Source: Vermamoeba vermiformis (Eukaryota). Taken from it: a stretch of 64,000 bases of DNA. This document shows positions 26,367 to 39,800 of the stretch, piece after piece; the stretch's first letter is position 1; every line of letters starts with the position of its first letter. The translations under genes and the position numbers were made by a program. The notes beneath the pieces were generated by a model. That model made no database searches. It saw only the letters and a program-made list of their open reading frames with translations, and had not been told where the DNA came from. The stretch lies in assembly GCA_045837725.1 (NCBI GenBank), contig JBEWZL010000121.1:186001-250000 (forward strand), read 5' to 3'.

Positions 26367-27869
26367 ATGTTAGCACGCATATTAAAGCAAACGTGCCGAG
26401 TTATTTCGACGACAAGCAAAGTAAGTGCACCATTGTCGCACTTATTTGTTCGTCGTAATCGGAACAAAGCTAAGCCGAAAGTTGTACCTCGAAAAGATAC
26501 AAGATCTACTGATGCTCTGCTCGAATATCATAAGTTATACGAGCTCATTGGTAATATTGGTGCTAATGGAACTGAAATTGGCGAGCTTATGGTTGAAAAC
26601 GAGGTTACGAAGGAGTTCCAAAATGAATACGATGAAGAGCAGATGGAAGAGGCAAAGAAGCACTTAGTCAAATCGAATCCGCAACACAAAGCTATTCAAA
26701 CAGCTATTGATAATGCCTACAAATCTTTCAGCTTTGCTTTCTCTCTTGGTGGATTTTGGGACTTCAAAAAAGATGTTTTGCAGATCAAATCTGCCGACGG
26801 TACACTTGTCGATTGCGGAAGCCCTATCGCTCTGTCAAAAGAAAAAATACTGGCGCATTGTGCTCCTGCCCCTTTTGGAGACCTAAAAACAATGACCACT
26901 GTTGTTGATCCAACCGTACGATCTGCTTGGGAGCTTGACTATGATAGAGTCGTAATTACGAATGAAAACTTCCCAAAGGACTACCAACGAAAGAAAATCG
27001 AAGAGATACTTGCAGAAGTACAACAAAACTTCCAAGATGAATCGTTGTATTTGGAGCCATACAAGTTGAACGTCTACACGAAAGGAGGGTTCTTTAAGCC
27101 TCATAAGGACACTCCTCGCTTTGAAAATATGATCGGCACTCTTGTCACAGTGCTGAATTATTGTGGAAGCTCTCTTGTTGTGCGTCATGGAAAAGAAGAG
27201 TTCGTCGAAGATTCTAGTACAACAGCTTTCTTCTCTGACCGAGTGCACGAAATTACACCTATCGAAGATGATATGCGAGTCAGCCTGACATTTAGCATAT
27301 GCAAGGAGAGTGCGTCGGTGACAAAAAGTCCTCAAGCCATCACACATAAAAGAGACACTCCGTTGGTGAAGGACTGCAACATTGCCTCGCTAATTAAAAC
27401 AATCAAAAAATCGCCTCTGAAGGCTATCGGAATCTTAACGGAATTTGATTACACTCAAAAGAGCATCAGCATTCAAAGCTTAAAGGGCAACGACAGAGCG
27501 ATGTTTGAGGCCTTATCAAAGGAACCAAGTTTTGAAGTGGATCTGCTTCCCGTAATTGTTAAAATGTACCATTCGGACAATGAAATGCTCGATGAATTCC
27601 CTGTCAGTTATTACGAGTCAGGAAGCGTTTATCGTTTTTTGACCGAGGATATGGACCGCATGTTGCGAGGCGACAAGCCTACATACAAAGATGATATAGT
27701 GTTCTTTTGGCAAGAAAAGGGCCTGGGCATCCACGAACGCCGTATAGAAGCTGCAGAATTAGTTGGCAACCACTCGCAGCCGACCGAGGTTGATAACATC
27801 TACTTCAACGGTGCTATTATTGTGAAAAATTTGAATGCAGTTAAGACTGACAAAGTGAAGAAAAAATAA
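26367..27869 (+). CDS. 2-oxoglutarate/Fe(II) oxygenase (500 aa, intronless) with putative mitochondrial presequence
   Basis: YKLNVYTKGGFFKPHKDTP (HxD), GTLV, HEITPI (distal His), RVSLTF (2OG-binding Arg); APFG...VDPTVRSAWEL; basic, acid-free N-terminus. Confidence 0.85.
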   Translation: MLARILKQTCRVISTTSKVSAPLSHLFVRRNRNKAKPKVVPRKDTRSTDALLEYHKLYELIGNIGANGTEIGELMVENEVTKEFQNEYDEEQMEEAKKHLVKSNPQHKAIQTAIDNAYKSFSFAFSLGGFWDFKKDVLQIKSADGTLVDCGSPIALSKEKILAHCAPAPFGDLKTMTTVVDPTVRSAWELDYDRVVITNENFPKDYQRKKIEEILAEVQQNFQDESLYLEPYKLNVYTKGGFFKPHKDTPRFENMIGTLVTVLNYCGSSLVVRHGKEEFVEDSSTTAFFSDRVHEITPIEDDMRVSLTFSICKESASVTKSPQAITHKRDTPLVKDCNIASLIKTIKKSPLKAIGILTEFDYTQKSISIQSLKGNDRAMFEALSKEPSFEVDLLPVIVKMYHSDNEMLDEFPVSYYESGSVYRFLTEDMDRMLRGDKPTYKDDIVFFWQEKGLGIHERRIEAAELVGNHSQPTEVDNIYFNGAIIVKNLNAVKTDKVKKK

Positions 27870-27928
27870 GTAAAGAGAGGAATGGCTAAATAAATAGTAT
27901 TTAAGGCACTAACTACACGTATTCATTT

Positions 27929-30900
27929 TCACTGTGTATCGTTAATTACAACATTTTGCAATGGCTTACGGAGATATTTCTTCGGAGGTCTGTAAATATT
28001 TAACAAGAGACTGGAGCACAGCACAGATATCGATGAGACGACCATTGCGAGAGCGGCAAGCCACGGGGGCAGCACGAAAGAAGTCCACGGATACAATAGA
28101 CCACCGGCGATAGGAACAGCAATGATGTTGTAACCAAACGCCCAGACAAAGTTCAATATAATTCTGTTGTAAGTCTTTGTTGATATATCAATAGCCACCA
28201 ATACGTCCCTAACAACACAGCTGTTAGTTTTTCGCTGACATTTTTGCAAAAAAAAAGAAGCACGTGCCTGAGATCGGAGCGCATTAATACAATTTGCGCT
28301 GCTTCAATAGCGATGTCCGTGCCAGCTCCAATAGCAATACTGACGTCTGCTTGAGCCTATCCGATCACACAATTAGCCTTGCGTGCCCTAGAAATGTTTG
28401 ATGCGAGTACTTACGAGTGCTGGACTGTCGTTGATTCCATCTCCAACCATGGCTACAGTGAGACCTCGTCGTTGCAGCTCTTCAACTTTTTCAAGTTTGT
28501 GTTGCGGCAGTACTTCTGCAAAGACGTTCTCGATGCCTAGGGACGACGCCACAGCTTTTGCCGTTCGTTTGTTGTCGCCAGTCACCATCCACACTTCAAT
28601 GTTCTTGCGCTTCAATTGTCTCACTACTGCTCGAGCCTCTTCACGCGCTGACATCTGCCACGGCCACGATGCCAACTAGGAGTCCGTTGACAGCTACAAT
28701 CATGACTCTGCAAGTGGATTAGCAACATTCAGCTTGATCTTGACACTCACGTTTTTGCTCCACACTCCAGCTTTTGGATTTGCTCTTCAATCTCAGCTGT
28801 CATACTAATGTTGTGTTCTTCCATGAGCCTCCTGTTGCCGACAAGCACGACACGGTCGCCAATTGCGCACGTGATGCCTCGACCAGGCAGCGCTTTGAAG
28901 TCTTCGGGAACCGAAATGCTGACACCTGGCATTTTTTGCACATGTTCCACAATGGCACGTGCTAATAGTTGGGGTGAGAATCTTAAACGACTGAAGCCCT
29001 TTGTGACTTACCTAACGGATGCTCGCTGCCCGACTCTGCCGACCCAAGAACTGAGAAGAACTCTTTGTCATCCATGGTAGCGTCTGTTTGAGTGTTAGAA
29101 GAGCCGAGGGAGGTTGAGAAGGAGCGTACCAAAGATAACGTGATCAGTCAGGGTTGGCTTTCCGTAAGTCAAAGTGCCAGTCTTGTCGAATATGATAGCC
29201 GAGATTTTGTGTGCAGCTTCAAGAACTTCGCCTCCTTTGATCAATATCTTATTCTTGGCAGCGACTCCCGTGCCTACCATGACTGCTGTTGGTGTGGCCA
29301 AACCCAGTGCGCACGGACACGCGATAACTATGACACTAATCGCAAACAACAACGAGAACGTGCCACTGTTAGTTCCAGGTGTCAGCCAGTCATGTGGCAC
29401 TACTTCGACCTCCACAAGAGTGATCCAAATTAGGAAGTCAAGGACGCCAATGCTGATGACGACAGGAACGAACAGGCCTTTTGAAAGCACGGTCAAAAAA
29501 AGAGTCCGGAATTAACGTCAGTTAACTTACCTGAGATTCGATCAGCAATCTTTTGGATCTCAGGCTTTGAATTCTGAGCGTCTTCAACCTGGGAGTACTT
29601 TTTAATGGACATGTCAAAGAGGGGGAAAATATTCACTTACTAATTTGGCAATTTTTCCGATAGCAGTCTCGTCTCCGACGTGTGTGGCCTCAACATAAAT
29701 CAAGCCCTGAATATTCATCGTGCCACCGAGTACTTTGTCGCCCGGCTTTTTAGTGACGGGCATACTTTCACCAGTGATCATCGACTCATTGACGGAGCTC
29801 TGGCCACGTACAATAATGCCTGTGCGTACTAACGTTAGCAAAAAGCATATCTACTCGACACTGGAGAAGCGTTTTACCGTCTGTTGGGATATTCGCGCCG
29901 GGTACAACTTTGAGAATGTCGTGCTTTTCGAGCAGATCCACATCAATCTCTTGTTCTGCCAGGGGCTCCTCTGAAACTTCATCAAAGGTAACGACAATAG
30001 CACTTTTTCCTTTCAGTGACAGAAGTTTGGTTATGGCCGAAGAAGTTCGGCCCTTAGCAATGTTTTCAAGCCATCTACCAAGCAAGACAAAGCAGATCAG
30101 GAAGATTGAGATCTCGAAGAAGTCCGTTGCCATGAATTCATGATTGACCATCGCAATAATGACACTAATCTAAGAGTAATTGTTAAAAACGTCTTCGCTC
30201 TAGACTTCTACTTACAATGGAATACAAATACGCGGCCATTGTTCCAACGACAATTAACGAGTCCATGGTCAACTTTCTGTTTCGTAGAGAAGCTCCTGCT
30301 GCCACAAAAAATCCTTTGCCTAGCCAGAACTGCACGGGCGTAGTCAAGACGAACATAATCAATACTTTGACATTGAGTCCTGGGGCGATGAAGGTATGGT
30401 CCAGCAGATCCATGACGGGAGTTGCCATCAATATCATCATGACGGCAGCAGGTACAGCAAATAACAGTGATATTAAGAACATCTTCTTGTACTTATTGAT
30501 CTCTTTCTTCCTCTTGTAGCGGTCGGATGCAGACTCAGATCCTTTGTGCAACGAAGCCTTCAGCCCAGTGTTCTCGTTGATGAAGGCGATGATATCTCGC
30601 TGCTTCAATATTTCCGGAGAATAGATGACGGTGCCAACACTAGTAGCATCATCGTAGTTAAACCGTTCAACAGGGCAAGCTAACTTGGCCTCTGGATCTT
30701 CGTTGTGGAGCAAGCTGCGCAACCGAGAGATGTCTGCGCTGCTAGTGACTCCTTCAAGTTTCAATAGAAGTTTGCCGCTAGAGCTACGCACAATCAACTC
30801 AGCACTGTAGCCCAAGTCATCAATAGTCTCTTTGATCGTCGCTGCATCGATTACAGCCGGATCATGTTTCACGACTGCTAGATTAGCAATAAGATTGACG

Positions 30901-31180
30901 TTCACTTGATTGATGCCAGGCAAACTCTTCAAATATGACTCGATGCCATTTACGCAAGAGCTGCAAGTCATTCCTTTGACACTAAAGTCGGATGTAGTAA
31001 GTTCCAGTGCTTGAGCGATATTCCTCTCCTCCTGGATTAAGCTCTCCTTGTCGCATCTGCAAGCAATACACTCACATTTGGCAACTAAATTCGATGAGTT
31101 CATTTTGTACCAAGCTAGTTGCTGCACTTACTTGAAGGATCAATCGCCGACGTAATGCACGGGCAGTTGTCTTGAACCAT
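27929..31180 (-). CDS. ATP7: Cu(I)-transporting P1B-type ATPase (ATP7/CopA-like), multi-exon; apparent +1 frameshift near 28649
   Basis: GMTCSSC HMA domain, TGES, CPC, DKTGT, SEHP, MVTGD, GDGIND, YN..P and M..SS transmembrane Cu ligands. An in-frame upstream ATG at 31339 is an alternative start. Confidence 0.92.
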
Positions 31181-31399
31181 TTTATCATATGAATTAAACT
31201 GGTACGAACGATGGCTTGCTGATTTTATAGCCCTGCGGCGCTCATGCAACACGCGAACTGAAATTTCTTTGAGCGGCGCCTGTTTTCCTTTTTTAGATCG
31301 AATGACCCGGAAGCATCGCCGGAACCAATTTTCAGTCATTCAAGCAGCGCCGATCGACCCGACAACACAACTGACCATTCCAGAATCCTTTGTGACGGG

Positions 31400-33701
31400 A
31401 TGCAGAACAGAAGACGAACCGATCTGAAACAAAACGCAGTGGCTGAGAAGAAAATCTGCCTGCGATGCTACAGACTACATAAAAAATGTAAGTAGGTTGT
31501 TGGAATTATTATTTTATGATTATTGAAAATTAAAAGATTTCGTGTGTAATAGCACAACAATAAATCAATAGCAAATTATTAATATCTAAAATTTAAATAA
31601 AAATACAGAGGTTTTATATTAAAACAAAAAATAGTCAGAGATTCTTGTGAATAATAGGTTTTTTTCAGGTGACGGGCAGACGCCTAATTGCACGCGGTGC
31701 ATTAAAGCAAAAACTACATGCGTTTATACTTACAGTACGTAGTCATTAATTATATGCTATCAAAATGTGTTGAATCATGATGCTATAAAAATTAATTTAG
31801 TCCTCTGTTCAAAATACTAACTTGTCATCGATTACAGGCACAGCCACAAATAATACGCAGGGACCAATGGTGCCTGACATTACAGAGTTGCAACAAAATT
31901 TAATGACACTGCAGAAATTCGTCGACCAACAGAAAAATGCCTATCGAACACTCGAAGCCAAGTTCGAACAGTTAGAAAAAGAGAAACGTGACTTAGAAAT
32001 GGTTAATTTGAGGCTATCTGAAGCATTAATGGTAATTTTATATGGATTTACTACCACAGATCCGGCATGCTGATAACAAAAAATTCTATTTTAGAACAGC
32101 AACCTCATGCAAGAGAAAGATCTGACATGTAAATCGCAAATGCAAGATATATTGCTGTCATATCACAAAACTGGTTTTTTCTTCATGCGAGTCAATCCGC
32201 TCGTCTCCGAAGCTGCATTGTATTTGCAAGAAAAAATGCTGGGCAGTAAGTACCTCTTGACACGTGTCAAATTTATGATGTCAAGCTAATTGCACTGTTT
32301 TTAGACAACCCGTTGAAAACTGCAGCGATGGATTTAATATTTTGCAGCGTGTTTTTATTGGCCGGAAAAGCTGACCGAGCAACTGATTTTATTAACAGCG
32401 CTAAGTACGATTTGAAATACAAATTAACGATCAAAAACAGTATTAACAATTGTATTCAGATCTATTCTATTAGGCCAAAATACGAATAATCCATTGGGCT
32501 TATTGTGCTCGCATTTAATGGCCAAAAATCACTTTTTCATGGGCCAGACAAAAGACGCAGTTGATTGGTGGCAAAAAGTGCACAATTTATTCAAAACAAT
32601 TAGCCCGCATAATATGCCGCATCGTGCTAAACACGTGGAAAATCAAATCAAAATTTTGAGTCAAGTGATGGACGTAGATTACGCGAAACATGCCAGCATT
32701 ACGTGGCTTCAATGGGCGCCAGAATACACCGCAACTAAAAAGCGTGCCGAGCAGTACAAGAAACAAGTGTGCATTCACAAGCACTTTGAAAACACGCTGA
32801 ACCACGAGGTCGTCAACTGTTGTGGCATGGCGAGTTTTTTGGCTACGAAAGTAAGTGTCAACTTTCTACACTGTATAGCAATGCTAACGATATTATTACA
32901 GCTATGGTCTGAGATACTCATCGTAATTGAAGATTTGATCGAAAACAAAGGAGAGTCACAAGTTGTTTCGGCCGAAACGCTGTTCTCAAGTTTTAATCGA
33001 CTGCTCGAGTTTGCTAGCATGGTCACGGACCAAAGATTAGTGCTGCACATGAGTATTGTCGTGTCTGTATACAAGTTATTCATCGCAATCGTCACAGCTA
33101 ATTATTCACTGCTGGATCAAGTACGCAAATGTCACTTATGACACGTGTCACTAACTAATTTTTTTCACAGCTACTTAACGAAGTTGTCAACACTGGCTGC
33201 TTCGAACAAACCTACCCCAATCCACTTGATGCTACACACCTCTTCATTCTGATGCAGTTGTTGTACTATTTGAGGTCACCGTTCTACTCCAAAGCCTTGA
33301 GCCAGTTTGAAGCGTGGTCCACGGGCTATCCAGTCTTCGGCGAGTACTTGAAGAAGTGGCGACAAATGCTCACGACCGAGCCTTTGTTCGCGTACCCCGT
33401 GGAACTCAATCAAATGGACGACTACATGGTCGTGCTGCCTCACTTGTACTACATGCAAATGCACAACATTGTGCTGTCTATCCACCTGCCGATATTCCCG
33501 ACCAACCACGCCGAGCTGTGTAATCCCAGCACTATTGACTCGTTGCTGCTGAGCACTTTTGAGGGCGCAGACAGCTTTATTGACTTTAGCTCCGATAGCT
33601 CGCCTTCTGATCCTTCAATGCATGCCGAACCACATCAACAAAGCAGTATTATTCAGCTTGAGTTCACAGATGAATTTGATTTCGAACAAAATGTAAAATA
33701 A
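31400..33701 (+). CDS. Zn(II)2Cys6 binuclear-cluster transcription factor, multi-exon
   Basis: Spliced CLRCYRLHKKC-DGQTPNCTRCIKAKTTCVY (Cx2Cx6Cx6Cx2Cx6C), then a coiled coil (LQQNLMTLQKF...LEKEKRDLE) and an acidic C-terminus (FTDEFDFEQ). Confidence 0.85.
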
Positions 33702-35077
33702 GTGTAAAAAATTTTGTACATAAATGAAGACCTTTTGAAAAACTTAATTTTACCAAATGTACAAGGAGAATTAAGGCGTGGGAGTAGGCCTCAGATTTCG
33801 AATAGTGCTTACAGCTTGGTATCGTAGCAGATCTAATATCTTGCGTACTTGCAGATCGTTCGGGTACACGTGACAATACTGTTCGAAGGACTCGATCGCT
33901 TTTTGCTTCTCGCCCAGCTTGTTGTAACAAATTCCTAACGATATCGTTAATAAGAAAAACAGCGTTAATGATTTGATCTAAGTACCTAATTCGGCCCAAG
34001 CTGATGGAAACCCATTCTTGGCCGCAATTTCTAAACAATTCACTGCCCTTCGTGTATTGCCTAATTTGGAAATAATAAGCTTCGCGTGTCATACCCGAGG
34101 CCTATTATTGATTGCAACATACCAACCGTGAACAAATATTCTCCGAATTTCTTATTTACGACTGCATCATCAGGTGTTAGCTTCAATGCTTTTTCATAAT
34201 AAATAGTGCCTTTAAGAGGTAATGCGGAATTAAGGAGCGTATGAATATATTAATAGATATGTAGTGTATCATCCGTTAGTAATAAGGATATAATCAAATG
34301 GTGGTGGCAAGCCAAAAAGTTCGCGCCACCACGGGTACTTTCTGCCATCAAAAGATAGCTTAAGGTCCATATTATAAGCGCATAAATATAAATCTCCGAT
34401 TGCAGTCAGCGCCGCAGGTGATAATTGCCCATCTGCAAAGATTTCAGTATTAGTCATTGCCATAAAAGGAAACTAAAAGAGCACGGGTTACCGAGGTATT
34501 CAAAGTTCCATTCAACGATTGCCACCAAGTATCTAATTAATGTCTCTACTTCTAATCGCTCAATGGGCTCTGCAAATATAGGGGGATGTTCGCGACACCT
34601 TTTGAGAATCGAATCCACCTGTGCAAAATGGATCAGCCAACGAAATTTATGCTAGTGGTTTTACCTTTGAAATTAACATTCTCTCATTTATTATTCTGTT
34701 CCATTCGCCATTAGTTTGCGATTTAAATTCGATGATGTGCCTAGGAATTGACAGATCTAGAAAGTGAGAGCATTAATTACGGATCGGCCTTTTAATCGAT
34801 TGTAATAATTACCTGCATATTTTGTCGGCTTTAATATTGAATTGACATTGATATTATATGGTGGGGCGGCTGAAAGAAGATGTAGTAAGTCTCAATAAAT
34901 TTCGAATCTAGTTTGAACTCACGCAATATAACCCAAAAATGTAATATTGTGATAAATTGACGTATAATTACCTCGCCATCGTCTGACATATGAAGCAAAT
35001 AAAATACCGCCTAAAGTAATCGCGCCAACAAGCATTATTTCTTTGCGCCATTCTTGCACCTTTACAGCAAGCGTCAT
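33664..35077 (-). CDS. Unknown protein with N-terminal TM anchor and TPR-like helices (model and 3' end uncertain)
   Basis: MTLAVKVQEWRKEIMLVGAITLGGILFASYVRRW; ALTAIGDLY and YYEKALKLTPDDAVVNKKFGEYL are TPR-like; several GT-AG introns. Confidence 0.5.
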
Positions 35078-35207
35078 AGTGATAAGCTCTTAAATAAGAA
35101 TTGAACAGTACTCTGTTGTAATCTACTTTGCCAGAATCTTCAAATTGTCAAAACAAAAGCCGTGTCATTTCAACCAAATTTCGCGAGACGAAAACAACAA
35201 AGCGGCA

Positions 35208-36522
35208 ATGGAACAAAATCAAAAGGACGACGATTATATTGAAGAACTCGAGCCTATTAATGAGAATTTGACGGAGGAGCAAAAAGCCATTCGTGAGAAG
35301 TGGATGGAGTAAGTCTCATTGGCGAAGCCAGTTGACGTTAACAACAATATTCTGAAAAATATCTCGAATATTTCTTTGTGATATTTGACCAATAATCATA
35401 ACTAATAACCACAAAATACCAATTTAAATTAATTTTGATATTTTTCTCAACTCGCGTATTGATGACATCATCAGAGAGCAAATTCACTTGGCTAAGAAGC
35501 TTGTTCCTCACAATAAAATCGATTGGTCACTCAATCCTAAAGCACCAAATGCCTTGTTCCTCATTGGTGGCGTCGATATCAGTTTCGTAAAAGTGAGATC
35601 CCGTTCGGCGAACCGAATTTATTTGAAAGACTGACGTTTGGCCAATAGGACAGCGATGAAGATGCATGTGCATCGCTCGTAGTACTTTCTTATCCAGATT
35701 TTAAGGTAAGCCGGCTTTAATTATAGTGGTACTGTAACGGAGATCTGCTTTTCAGATCGTGTATGAGCGATACAAAATGATTAAATTGACGCTGCCCTAT
35801 ATTCCTACATTCTTGGCATTTCGAGAGGTCCCTTTCTTGGTAGACATGCTTAAAGAGTTGAAAGAAACTCAACCTGAGCTGATGCCACAAGTACGTACTT
35901 ATTCCGTAAAGCTACTCCTCCTAATGGCGCACAATACAGCTCATACTTGTGGACGGTAATGGCAAGCTGCATCCAAGAGGTAATTAAAAGCCGCTTGAAC
36001 ATACATCCGGAAGTCTAACTTCATCATCCACTAGGTTTTGGTTTGGCGTGCCACTTGGGCGTACTTACGGACATACCGACAATAGGAGTCGGCAAGACAT
36101 TGCTTTATGTCGATGGATTGATCTTCAAAAACGTTAGAAAAGAGTTCTTGCAGAAGACCAAGAAAGGAGGCGATTACATGGAATTAGTGGGCAAGTCTGG
36201 TGCTGTATGGGGTGCTGTAAGTACATTAGTGGTATCATCCTTCTTAAATACAAAATATCAATTATTTCCGTAGGCATTTAGGAGTACAGACGACACGAAG
36301 AACCCGATCTTCGTTTCTACAGGTAAATTGCCTTACTCATTGATTGAAATTAAGAGAATAGACAAGGCCATACCTAAACTGTATTTAGGACACCGAATAG
36401 ATTTGAAAACAGCCGTAGAAGTTGTAAAGAACTCGTGTTTGTACAGAATTCCTGAGCCCATCAGACAAGCGGATCTCAAGTCCCGCGATTACATTAGGAA
36501 GAACGTGGATCAGAAGAAATAG
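35208..36522 (+). CDS. ENDOV: Endonuclease V, multi-exon
   Basis: [70 protein letters not shown]. Confidence 0.95.
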
Positions 36523-36818
36523 ATATTAATATGTAATAATTTGTGAATAAACAATAGATCTGCTAAAAGATACGGCGCTAGACGAGTTGTGACCAGATCT
36601 GAAATAGAAACGAATTTATTTTGAAATGAAGTAATTAATAGGAATCAATATCGCCCTAGCTGTTTTATTAATAATCCTATGTTAGCATTCCAATCCGGAG
36701 CACGTGCGTAGGTGCACAATTAATTCATTAGTGTCGGTTTTTTTCTTTTCATTGATGTACATATTGTAGACAACACTTTATTATATTATCTTGTATATAT
36801 TATTAATAGCCCAACACA

Positions 36819-39800
36819 ATGCTGGAAAGTATTGCATCTGCGATACTTTCAAAAGTATTGGGCGACTACGTTAAGGGATTCGAGGCCAAGAACTTAAAAT
36901 TCTCATGGAACGGTGAATTATCATTGACTGACCTCGAGCTCTCAACGACGGCCTTGGATAACTTCGACATTCCGATCCGCATCAAGGCTGGCTCCATAGG
37001 AAAATTGCATCTGCTCATCCCATGGCGAGAATTAGGCCACAAACCGTCTATTGTGCGCATAGAACGTGTATATGTTATATTAGGACCTAAGCCATTGAGT
37101 GAGGTAACTCATTTATTAATTAAATAATTTTTCTAATTTTCCTTGATCGGCTAATTATTGAGTAAAATATACACACAATTTAAAATAACCACGATAATAT
37201 ATTATTACAAAATTTAGGCTGAATTATTGCAACAATGTAATGCAACTGAAATTATTTAATTAAATGAGAAAATTGTCTGTAATTATTCTGAATTATTTCA
37301 TTAAATAGTACGATGAAGCTACGGCTAAAAAACGCGAACAAATGGCGAAAGAACGAAAATTGCAATATGTAGAGCTTGTCAAACAGACCAAAAATCAAAA
37401 TATACAAAAAGGTATGCAGTAATTGTAGCTATTCCTTTTCGAGCGAAATATGCTAATAATATTCTCCTATTAAGCTACGGACAACGACTCTTTTCTTAAA
37501 AGACTCGTCACAACGGTAGTAAACAACTTGCAAATTTATATTGACAAGATCCACATTCGCTATGAAGACGATCAAACTAATCCAGAGGTAATTATTAATA
37601 ATGCGTATTTAACTCATATTTGGATCTATTTTTTTGACATTAACCGCGTTTTAATTTATTTGTTAACTTTGCAATGCTTTAATTTACGTAATTACTTTGC
37701 AATTACCCTAATTATATCGAGTATAATAACATTAGTACTTGTTTTCGCATTTATTTGGAAGCACTTGAGGAATCACAAATTTTTCAGCGATTTGAATCAC
37801 CTTCCGCGTTGTCACTATTCGTCAACCTTCGGATAAATAACTCAAGCTTTGATAATAACGTAAATATTATTATAGAGACCGTTCTGTGCCGGTGTGACAT
37901 TGGAACATTTGCACGCACAAAGCACGGACCGTAATTGGAAGCCGATGATTCCAGACCAAGCGGAGCCACTCATTTACAAGCTGATCACATTAAAGAATTT
38001 AGCCGCGTATTGGAACCCTTACGACTCGTTCTTGCAGTACAGCTCCATTCAAGAAATGCGAGAACTGATGGAGATCCTGGTAAGCCAATTCCTTTTTTTT
38101 GTTCGTTCAGTGAATTAATCTTTGCGCAGATTTACACGGACGATCACGACCCTGAGCACGTGTACGTCATTGAGCCAGTGAGTTCGGAGCTCAAAGTGGT
38201 GATCAACAAGAGCGACTTGCCTGACATGCTCACGCCCAAGGCCAAGGCTCGCTGCACATTCGACAGAATTTCAATTGCAGTGCGCGAGAGTCAATACAAC
38301 GACTTTGTGTCATTGATGAAGCGAATGATTCGGTACAGAAAGGGCTCCAAGTACCGCAAATGGCGTCCAAAGACCACTGTCAAAGAGGACCCGAAAGCCT
38401 GGTGGGGTTTCGTGGGCAATGCTGTCTTGTCTGAAATTAAAGAACGCAAACGCAAGTGGACTTGGGAATACATCAAGCAACGCAAAGTGGACAAGTTGGC
38501 GTACATCAAGTTGTGGAAGAAAGCCAAGAAGAAAAAGAAATTCACCGAGCAAGAGACCAATGAGCTCAAGCGCTTAGAAGAGAAGCTCTCATTCGAAGAT
38601 ATTTTGTTGTAAGTAGAATACTAGATCTATTTATATATCCTTACTCAACTCTTTGTAGCTTCCGCACGTTGACCGATGTGTACTTGCGCAAAGAAGCGAG
38701 CAGCGAGAACAAGAGCAAGCCAAAGAGCGGCATTACTGGCTGGTTCTCGAGCTGGTTCTCAAAGAGTGATGACGACACACTGGAGATTCCCTACTTGAAC
38801 GTTAAAGTAGGTGACAACGAGTGGAAGGAAATCTACGAGGCCATTCAGTACCAAGAGAAAGAAGATACCAGTGGCGCGAACAAACCACCGTCGGACTGGG
38901 TGCAGATTCAAGCTGACTTCTTACTCGGTGTTGCCTCCGCGACCTTGCAGAACGAGAAGGGTGAACCAATAGCCAACGTAGCTTTTGAAGCGTTGCAATT
39001 GGGTCTGTTGCTCCGTGACAAGTGGACTTCGTTCAAAGCAGAGCTGGACTCGCTCGAGTTGACAGATTATTTCACGAAGAACACGCGATTCTCTCACATC
39101 ATTACACCTCAACGAAGGAACCAAAAATTGTTCGATTTCAGATTGGAACTCAATCCTGTCGGACAAAACTTTGACACAGGTGTTTACCTCGTGACTAAGC
39201 CACTGAACATCGTGTACAACTACCCGTTGATTCACCGAGTCATTTCATTCATTGTGGATCCGTTGTCCTCTGGCCCGTCAAAGAAGAAAAAGACAGGAAT
39301 CAACTTGAAGGCTGAAAGTCAATTGAACTTCTTGCTGAAGCTCAAGAAGACTCTTTATCTCGACCTTGATATTCACGTAAGTTATTTTGGCGACGAGGCA
39401 CGTGCATTACAAGACCTAATAATACTATATAGGCTCCGAACATTTTGATGCCGGAGAACGTGATTGAGGATACAGCTCCGATGTTAGTGGCGATTTTGGG
39501 TCAATTCAAGATGAACACCGATCTGTCGCAGATGAACCGAAAAGACTTGCAAAATGTTCTCAAGACACAAGTGCCGGACCCTGACAGCGAAGAGTATTTG
39601 AGGAATTTCTATGACTCGTACAACCTCAAAGTGTCTTCGTTGCAGATCCTGTTGACAACGTCAGCACAAAAGAGCACCATCTTCAAAGAAGTCGAGCGCA
39701 ACAACATTACTACAGACCATTTGTTGGAGCCTATCGATGCAGAGGTCACGCTCCGTTTGTGCAAGATTAACGCCGAGGAACTCAGTAACGTTAGGTGAGT

